From Chitinophagales bacterium (lineage in GTDB: Bacteria; Bacteroidota; Bacteroidia; Chitinophagales; BACL12), in assembly GCA_035439505.1 (NCBI GenBank), contig DAORKJ010000001.1, forward strand, positions 1 to 34,831: a stretch of 34,831 bases of DNA, given 5' to 3'. The number at the start of each line of letters is the position of its first letter. The stretch's first letter is position 1. Shown here piece after piece: positions 28,715 to 34,831 of this stretch. Made by a program: the position numbers and the translations under genes. The notes below the pieces were generated by a model. That model did no database searches and had not been told where the DNA came from. It worked only from the letters and a program-made list of their open reading frames with translations.

Positions 28715-30136
28715 TTACTGTTTTATTAATTTATCGGAATAAATTACTTGTTGATTTGATTCAACTACAATCATGTAAGCACCCGAAGGCAATTGATCCG
28801 GCATTGTAAGCTGAAATTGTTGTTCACCGGTTTCAAATGTCGTGAACTCTTGTGTAAACATACTTTGCCCTAATAAATTAATAATCGTTACCTGCATTCC
28901 TTTCAAAGGTTCCAAAGCATGTATATTTAATTCAAGTTGAGCCACAAAAGGATTGGGTGTAATTTCAACTGCAATTTGAGTCGATGGTTGTGAAATATTT
29001 AATGTTGCCTGGTAGTCGAGGTAAGTTTGTAATAATGCTATGGTAACTGGTTCTAAATCCCAGGAAATAACTGTTGCATCATTATTCATTACAGTAATAC
29101 TTAAATCAAATTCAGGAAAATACCACGAATTAGCCGAATACGCCAAATCACCACCATGACCATATACCTGATATCCTAAAAACGTTTTTGCCGTTAGTCC
29201 TAAACCATAAGTACCAGGTATTCCGGGAGCGGTAACAGTTGTTTCAGCTTCTGCCAAAATAGCTGGTGAATGTAAATCGCCTCTCAAATAACTGCGCATC
29301 CATCGCGTAATATCTTCAGGTGTTGAATAATATCCACCCGCGGCTGCAACTGCAGAATTTAATGACAACCAATTGTAATAAAAAAAATGTGCATCATCTG
29401 TAACGCCGTCACCTGTAATATCTAACCAAACATGTGCTATTGGTCCTGTGTAAGTTTCAAACGAAGGAATTCCAATACTACTTAATTCCAAAGGATCTAA
29501 AAAACGACTTCTGATTTCTTCATAAAACGGATTCCCGGTTGCAGCTTCTATGATCATGCCCAACATAAAATAACCGGTATTACAATAGGACCAGGTACTT
29601 CCTGGCACATCAAATGCGGGTTGAATAAATGTATTAATTACATCTTTAGCCTGCCAGATAGAATCCTGGTCTAATAGTATTGTGGGTTGAAAATCGGCAT
29701 TACTCAGCACTTCATATAAACCACTTTTGTGTTGTAATAATTGCCGAATAGTTATAGTTGAATCGACAAATGGAATTGGGTCTAACCAGGTAAATACACT
29801 GTCATCCAAATGCAAAATACCTTCATCTACTAATTGCAATACGCATGCACCGGTTAATGTTTTCGTAATACTGCCAATTTCATATTTATGTGCGGTTGTC
29901 ACCTCTACTTCAGGTGTTAATAGCGAATACCCTGCTGCATCTTCCCAAACAGCTTCATCATTAAACTGCATGGCTGCGCTCAACGATTTATTATCAATCA
30001 CCAACCACATACTATCTAAAGTTGCACTTAATTTATTGGCCAAAACTATCGGCACTTCCTGCGCATTTACAGTGCCTCCACAAATTATCAATATCGAAAA
30101 TGGTACAATAAAAAGCTGTTTAATGTTTGTCGCCAT
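28715..30136 (-). CDS. Serine hydrolase (beta-lactamase / PBP-like fold) fused to a T9SS type-A C-terminal sorting domain
   Basis: Signal peptide. SxxK active-site motif in EIGSITKTLTG. C-terminal PNPFVAQLELNI...GAYMIVVES..IYSDKLIKQ is a Por-secretion sorting domain. Confidence 0.8.
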   Translation of the reverse strand: MATNIKQLFIVPFSILIICGGTVNAQEVPIVLANKLSATLDSMWLVIDNKSLSAAMQFNDEAVWEDAAGYSLLTPEVEVTTAHKYEIGSITKTLTGACVLQLVDEGILHLDDSVFTWLDPIPFVDSTITIRQLLQHKSGLYEVLSNADFQPTILLDQDSIWQAKDVINTFIQPAFDVPGSTWSYCNTGYFMLGMIIEAATGNPFYEEIRSRFLDPLELSSIGIPSFETYTGPIAHVWLDITGDGVTDDAHFFYYNWLSLNSAVAAAGGYYSTPEDITRWMRSYLRGDLHSPAILAEAETTVTAPGIPGTYGLGLTAKTFLGYQVYGHGGDLAYSANSWYFPEFDLSITVMNNDATVISWDLEPVTIALLQTYLDYQATLNISQPSTQIAVEITPNPFVAQLELNIHALEPLKGMQVTIINLLGQSMFTQEFTTFETGEQQFQLTMPDQLPSGAYMIVVESNQQVIYSDKLIKQ

Positions 30137-30272
30137 AACAAGTAAAATTAATTAAGTTTATACCGACAAAATTAAACAGCAAAAATCCCTGTATGTTGTC
30201 AAATCCTGCTATTTAATTTTTAACTACGTTAAAAAGCATATCTTTTACACAGGCATGACAAGCACTGTAAAT

Positions 30273-31448
30273 TTATTTTTTGATGAGCATCTTATTGATA
30301 TCAAAAACTTCATTAGCAATATGCAACAAATAAACACCATCTGCTAAAAATGAATAATCATTTAACAATTGATTACCTGACCACATTGTTTGTCCCAGGT
30401 TATTAATTATCGCAAATTGAAATTGTTGATTAGGTAATCCATCAATCTGAATAGTTGTTTCAAAAGGATTTGGTGATACACGAACCAGATTTTCGTAATA
30501 ACCCTGAATATCTTCAATTATCACTTCTACAAATGCACATTCAGAAGTATCAGCACATAAACCATCGTTTACAATTACTGCATAATTACCGGTTGCGATT
30601 GGTGTGTATACTTGTCCGGTAGCACCATCAATTATGTCACCAGTTGCACAATCTATCCATTGATAAGTAGCATCTATTGCATTAGCTGTAATTGCAGTAC
30701 CATTAGCAGTAATAGTAACATCAACAGCACACCATGAAATTAAGCAATAACCTCCTGCACCGTTTCCGGGACCGCCACCATTACCATTTCCACCACCGCC
30801 GCCGGCACCATAATTATTGCCATTACCGGCTGGATCGGTTGCAGCACAAAACGTATCGGTAAAACCGGCACCTTTGCCACCGTCTCCACCCGGTAATCCT
30901 CCACTTACTCCCCCATCACCACCTGGAGTTAAACAAATTCCAACCCAGGCAATAGTATTACCACCGATACCACCATTTCCGCCAGGGCCCGCAGCACCAC
31001 CTCCACCACCGCCGAAATAGGTATAGTAACCACCGCCGCCGTTGCCTCCAGTATAGTTGGCCACATTGCCGCCAACACCTATTCCTCCTGCGCCTCCTCC
31101 ACCTATTTCAGGATTTGGAACAGAAACACCGTTTTCGCCACCTGTAGCATAAAACGAATTGTCAATTTTGGTTGTCCCCAGTACAGCACCACTGCCAGGA
31201 ATACCAATCTGAATGTTTATTGTTTCACCGGGAGTAACAGTTAAATTGCTACTGGCATAACCACCACCTCCACCGCCACCGGTTCCATTATAACCACCAT
31301 GGCCTCCGGCACCAATCAATTCAACTAATATAGTAGTAACACCATCAGGAACTGTAAATGTGCCTGATGTAGTAAATGCTAAACTACCAGATTGACCGTA
31401 ATTTAAGGTTGTATAAAACAATAATAAAACGAAGTATACTTTTTTCAT
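30273..31448 (-). CDS. Extremely glycine-rich secreted protein carrying a T9SS type-A C-terminal sorting domain
   Basis: Signal peptide. About 270 aa dominated by GGxGG tracts, starting TILVELIGAGGHGG. A Cys-containing middle region follows. The C-terminus VSPNPFETTIQIDGL...GVYLLHIANEVFDINKMLIKK is a sorting domain. Confidence 0.7.
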   Translation of the reverse strand: MKKVYFVLLLFYTTLNYGQSGSLAFTTSGTFTVPDGVTTILVELIGAGGHGGYNGTGGGGGGGYASSNLTVTPGETINIQIGIPGSGAVLGTTKIDNSFYATGGENGVSVPNPEIGGGGAGGIGVGGNVANYTGGNGGGGYYTYFGGGGGGAAGPGGNGGIGGNTIAWVGICLTPGGDGGVSGGLPGGDGGKGAGFTDTFCAATDPAGNGNNYGAGGGGGNGNGGGPGNGAGGYCLISWCAVDVTITANGTAITANAIDATYQWIDCATGDIIDGATGQVYTPIATGNYAVIVNDGLCADTSECAFVEVIIEDIQGYYENLVRVSPNPFETTIQIDGLPNQQFQFAIINNLGQTMWSGNQLLNDYSFLADGVYLLHIANEVFDINKMLIKK

Positions 31449-31471
31449 GTAAAATATTTTAAATTAAAAAA

Positions 31472-32191
31472 TTAATTTTTAGGATGTTCTTTTATTATTA
31501 CTACCAAGGACTGTACAAGATATAAACATTTAAATGACTTATCTGATTGAATGATTTCATCTACTGCCTTCGAAACACCGGGATGTAATGGTGAATTATA
31601 ATCATGTACTACCAAATAACCACCTGCTTCCAACATTGGCATATAATCTTTCATATCGCTTAAACAACCATCATAAGTATGATCTCCATCAATAAAAATT
31701 AAATCAAATTTTGGTCTATCGGGCATGTTTCGCAATGTAGCAGCGTAGGTCTTTGAATCACTTTTAACAAAGGTAATTTTAGTTTCGAACCCAAGTGCAT
31801 TACGATTTTTTGTAGCCCACTCAATTTGCGAATAGTTTTTATAAATCCAATTGTCACTCGTGTTTTTCGACCAGTTTTTAGGGATTTCAAATTTATCAAT
31901 GGAAAATATTTTTCTATCACCAGAAATTGCAGAAGCCATTATGCAGCTGGAGTAACCTAAATAGCAGCCCACCTCCAAAATATTGTGTTTGGTTATACTA
32001 GCCAGCGTACCTAAAACAACATATTCTGTAGGATGCGTAACACGAGGATGTAGTTTACCAATTTGATTAAATGTATTGTTAATATTGGCGATAGGAAAAT
32101 TATTGGGAAGTAACTGATATGCTTTACCAACAATGCCAAGTTTTCGTAAGATTTTGTAAACAGATTTTTTAATTGTAATCATTGCCTTCAT
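31472..32191 (-). CDS. Class I SAM-dependent methyltransferase (Methyltransf_24 / CmcI-like)
   Basis: SAM-binding motif ILEVGCYLGYSS and the motif DLIFIDGDHTYDGCLSD. Lies 23 bp upstream of the glycine-rich gene on the same strand. Confidence 0.7.
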   Translation of the reverse strand: MKAMITIKKSVYKILRKLGIVGKAYQLLPNNFPIANINNTFNQIGKLHPRVTHPTEYVVLGTLASITKHNILEVGCYLGYSSCIMASAISGDRKIFSIDKFEIPKNWSKNTSDNWIYKNYSQIEWATKNRNALGFETKITFVKSDSKTYAATLRNMPDRPKFDLIFIDGDHTYDGCLSDMKDYMPMLEAGGYLVVHDYNSPLHPGVSKAVDEIIQSDKSFKCLYLVQSLVVIIKEHPKN

Positions 32192-32441
32192 ATCATCATT
32201 ATTAATTCATGTGAGTAATATCGCTTTTATGTATAAATCTTATTGCTAAAGGTAACAGATATTTTATACTTAAAAAAATAAATAATCTGTCATTTTTTGA
32301 TGGAAAGCTTGCCCATGTGCCATGAGGAGGCAATTAAATTGCATGAAATTATTCAAATAAAGTTAGAAAAGTAGTTTTGAATATCGTTTTACTTTAAGTA
32401 ATTTAGATTTTCATTCAGGCAAATTTTAAATTCTTTAACTT

Positions 32442-32909
32442 ATGAAATTACTCATCGGACTGCTTCTGCTTACGAATGTCGCAATGGCTCAAGTTAATAA
32501 CATTGGTGACATATCCTTAAACAAACCACAAATCACTATCCCATTTGCACTTTTTGCAGGAATTTGCGACGGTTTATCACAAACATTATATGCTCACTAT
32601 GGTGCATTCGAAAATAGGTTCCCAAATGCCAATAATCAATATTGGAATCCGCATGTGAGTTGGACAAACAAATATGAAAATAACGACCCGAATTTAGGTG
32701 AAAGATTTCCTGGCTCAACAACCCTCTTTGTATTTACTACTGATGCTTATCATTTGTTTAGGACAGTAAACAAAGTAAATCTATTAACCTTAGGCGCATT
32801 GGAATTTAGTGAAAAACGACCCCTCCTGAATTATGCGATAGATTTCATTTTATATTCTGCTGTGTATAGTGCAGGTTTCACCTTAACATATCAGGTATTT
32901 TTTAAATAA
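32442..32909 (+). CDS. Hypothetical small secreted protein
   Basis: Signal peptide MKLLIGLLLLTNVAMAQ. 155 aa with no recognisable motifs and a hydrophobic, aromatic C-terminus. Confidence 0.45.
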   Translation: MKLLIGLLLLTNVAMAQVNNIGDISLNKPQITIPFALFAGICDGLSQTLYAHYGAFENRFPNANNQYWNPHVSWTNKYENNDPNLGERFPGSTTLFVFTTDAYHLFRTVNKVNLLTLGALEFSEKRPLLNYAIDFILYSAVYSAGFTLTYQVFFK

Positions 32910-32965
32910 AAGTGAAGTTTGCCGGGTCGGTTAATTTAAATTGTGCAGAATAGGAAGCGATTATT

Positions 32966-34420
32966 TTACTTCCTCCAGTTGCCGGTCAATTTTTCAGATT
33001 GCAACTGAAGGGTTTCCAGTTTTTTGCGCATCCAAAGCACATCAACTACCGGTTTAGTATTGTTAAATTCATCCACAATATCCTGAATGTTATTTTTAGG
33101 ATTCAGTTTCCATTTATACATTTTCGAACTGAGTTTTATCATATTGATATAACCCGTTTTTTGATATGCCGGTATCAGATTATTGCGTTTGATATACACT
33201 TTAAAAGCCTCAATCAAACTAAACAATGCCTCCGTTTCTTCCAGTTCAAAATAGGTTTTAAGTAATAGCGACTTTGAATCCAGATGGTAATAAAAGTCCG
33301 TGAATTCCACTGAACGCAACAAGGTAAGCACTTCATCGTAATTATTCTGGAAGAAATGATAATACGCCATATTAAACGTATATGCATTTTGCCGGATTGC
33401 CGGATCCAGGTGTTCGTTGTATTTGCTGATAAAGTTTTTCACCCAGTCAAATTCATTAATTCTTAATCCTAAATAGACAATGTTTTTATAGTCAAATTGC
33501 GATAAATAATTTTCTTTGAAGATAATCCTGTCTTTCAACATCACTTTATACAAGTCGAACAACTCTCTGATATATTCAACATCACCATGATTAATTTTTC
33601 TGATGCAATAATTTTTTGCATACACGTACATTTCAAAAATTTCTTCTTTTGAAAATAACTGATGATGTTCTTTTAATAAATCAAGTAAATTGGTATAATG
33701 GATTTTATTCTCAGGTTCAGTCAGCGTTAAAATGATATTGTAATAAATTTTAGCTGAGGGAACATAATCCAATGGGTTATGCCTGATATGATTCATAATT
33801 TCATCATACAGGAATAACTTATAATTGATAGCAACAACATTTTTATTATTGATAATTTCGGCACTATAACGCATTTTATTCAGGATATAATATTTATCCA
33901 GATTATCTACCACCTGTTGCAAATTGGTTTCGTGCAAATGCTCACGCCTGTCGCTCATAAACCGATAACGGTCCTCTTCTATTAAATATTGATAAAAAGC
34001 GTGACTGACATCTCTGCGCGGTTGATCGTTTAATGCTTTTTCTGCAAGTTTTAAGGTGTTAAGAAATGCTTTATCCAAACGTCGCAGCCGATAAGTATAT
34101 AATAACAAATGGTATTTAAAAATCTGCTCCTCCGAAATCGCTTTGTAGCATAAAAATTCTTCCAGATGTTTGGTTAGGTCGGTCATCAAATATCGCAACT
34201 TCTGTTCGTCAAACTGTTCGTTATTAAAAACCAGTTTATACAATTGCGTTCGCTCTAAATTTGGATGTTCAAATAAGGGGAACCAAGCCTTTATTATATC
34301 AAAGGCCTGAATTATGGTTTGATTTTTGTTGAAGAAGGGTGAACGGAGGTACTCGTCAAATTGACGCACCTCCTGAGAGGTGAAAGTTCTTAATATGACG
34401 ATGGACTTATTTTGAAACAT
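32966..34420 (-). CDS. Hypothetical 484-aa cytoplasmic all-alpha protein with no recognisable domain
   Basis: Long ORF with AT-rich but protein-like composition. No signal peptide, no catalytic or HTH motifs that I can identify. Helix-favouring, repetitive Y/F/K/E/L pattern, possibly TPR-like. Confidence 0.55.
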   Translation of the reverse strand: MFQNKSIVILRTFTSQEVRQFDEYLRSPFFNKNQTIIQAFDIIKAWFPLFEHPNLERTQLYKLVFNNEQFDEQKLRYLMTDLTKHLEEFLCYKAISEEQIFKYHLLLYTYRLRRLDKAFLNTLKLAEKALNDQPRRDVSHAFYQYLIEEDRYRFMSDRREHLHETNLQQVVDNLDKYYILNKMRYSAEIINNKNVVAINYKLFLYDEIMNHIRHNPLDYVPSAKIYYNIILTLTEPENKIHYTNLLDLLKEHHQLFSKEEIFEMYVYAKNYCIRKINHGDVEYIRELFDLYKVMLKDRIIFKENYLSQFDYKNIVYLGLRINEFDWVKNFISKYNEHLDPAIRQNAYTFNMAYYHFFQNNYDEVLTLLRSVEFTDFYYHLDSKSLLLKTYFELEETEALFSLIEAFKVYIKRNNLIPAYQKTGYINMIKLSSKMYKWKLNPKNNIQDIVDEFNNTKPVVDVLWMRKKLETLQLQSEKLTGNWRK

Positions 34421-34694
34421 TGATTAAAATCGGTTAAATTTAACAAAGGATTTGTTGTAAACAGCAAATCAACAACTTTTCAAACCGATAGAATTGTCAT
34501 TTTTCAAGGCCCTAAAATTACTAAACTGTTGATAATCAGTGAAATACATATTAACATTTAGTTAAAAACTTTTTAAGTGTGCCGATAAAGAGTTATATTT
34601 GTCTTAAAGAAGTGTGAAGAGGTGTCTTTATTTTTAAAACTAATTACAGGCGAAACCCGTATAAGAACTATTAATTGACCTTAATATTACTGCT

Positions 34695-34831
34695 ATGAAG
34701 AAGTTATTTTTTACCCTTTTACTAGTGTCCGTTGCAAGTGCAATGTTTGCACAAAGTAATGCGAGAGTTAGATCAGAGGATACCAACAACCCTGAAATAG
34801 ACAATCTCAGCGGTTTAAAACCTGATGAAAC
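34695..34831 (+). CDS. 5' end of a gene truncated by the window edge: secreted protein with signal peptide MKKLFFTLLLVSVASAMFAQ
   Basis: ATG at 34695 and an open frame to the window end (45 codons). Typical Bacteroidetes signal peptide. Confidence 0.4.
   Translation, partial: MKKLFFTLLLVSVASAMFAQSNARVRSEDTNNPEIDNLSGLKPDE

Noticed and set aside
30780-31330. Repetitive CCACC / GCCGCC-rich DNA that could be mistaken for a CRISPR-like or satellite repeat
   Set aside because: It is a coding GGN-codon run, with an open frame on the minus strand throughout and no regular spacer-repeat periodicity. It is the glycine-rich protein gene.
1-34831. Mobile elements, prophage, tRNA/rRNA and CRISPR arrays
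   Set aside because: No transposase or integrase motifs (no DDE or tyrosine-recombinase signatures). No tRNA-like T-arm sequences in any intergenic gap. No spaced direct-repeat arrays. All long intergenic regions are ordinary divergent promoter gaps.

Overview
A 34.8-kb chromosomal stretch from a low-GC Bacteroidota genome, most likely a gliding bacterium that carries a type IX secretion system (T9SS). The assignment rests on Bacteroidetes-style signal peptides ending ..AQ/..GQ, several T9SS C-terminal sorting domains, a PorP/SprF gene and weak Shine-Dalgarno usage. Coding density is high. I found no rRNA, tRNA, CRISPR array, transposase or integrase. In order, the window contains: a T9SS/gliding-related module (two tandem catalytically dead FGE-like proteins, a passenger-less type-B sorting-domain mini-protein and PorP/SprF); rsmE plus a DUF4159-like gene; two orphan response regulators (a CheY-like one and a REC-PAS one) downstream of a G8 homopolymer; TspO; a secreted cupin; a TonB-dependent-receptor-like outer-membrane protein; rpe; a tight S9 peptidase / TraB-GumN / ABC ATPase / ABC-2 permease cluster; a GNAT; mscL; a DUF3078-like outer-membrane protein; a CoA-transferase; a deoxyhypusine-synthase-like gene; a SnoaL-like gene; a small beta-barrel outer-membrane protein; gcvP; a flotillin; a second receptor-like outer-membrane protein; an AraC regulator with an upstream 12-bp direct repeat; two T9SS cargo proteins (a beta-lactamase-fold serine hydrolase and an extremely glycine-rich protein); a small SAM-methyltransferase; a small secreted protein; and a 484-aa all-helical protein with no recognisable motifs. 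All products were called from motifs I could read in the translations, so every family assignment needs HMM or BLAST confirmation. The best candidates for follow-up are the FGE-like / CTD-only / PorP module, the peptidase-TraB-ABC cluster, the poly-G tract in the response-regulator promoter, the glycine-rich T9SS cargo and the unannotatable 484-aa gene.
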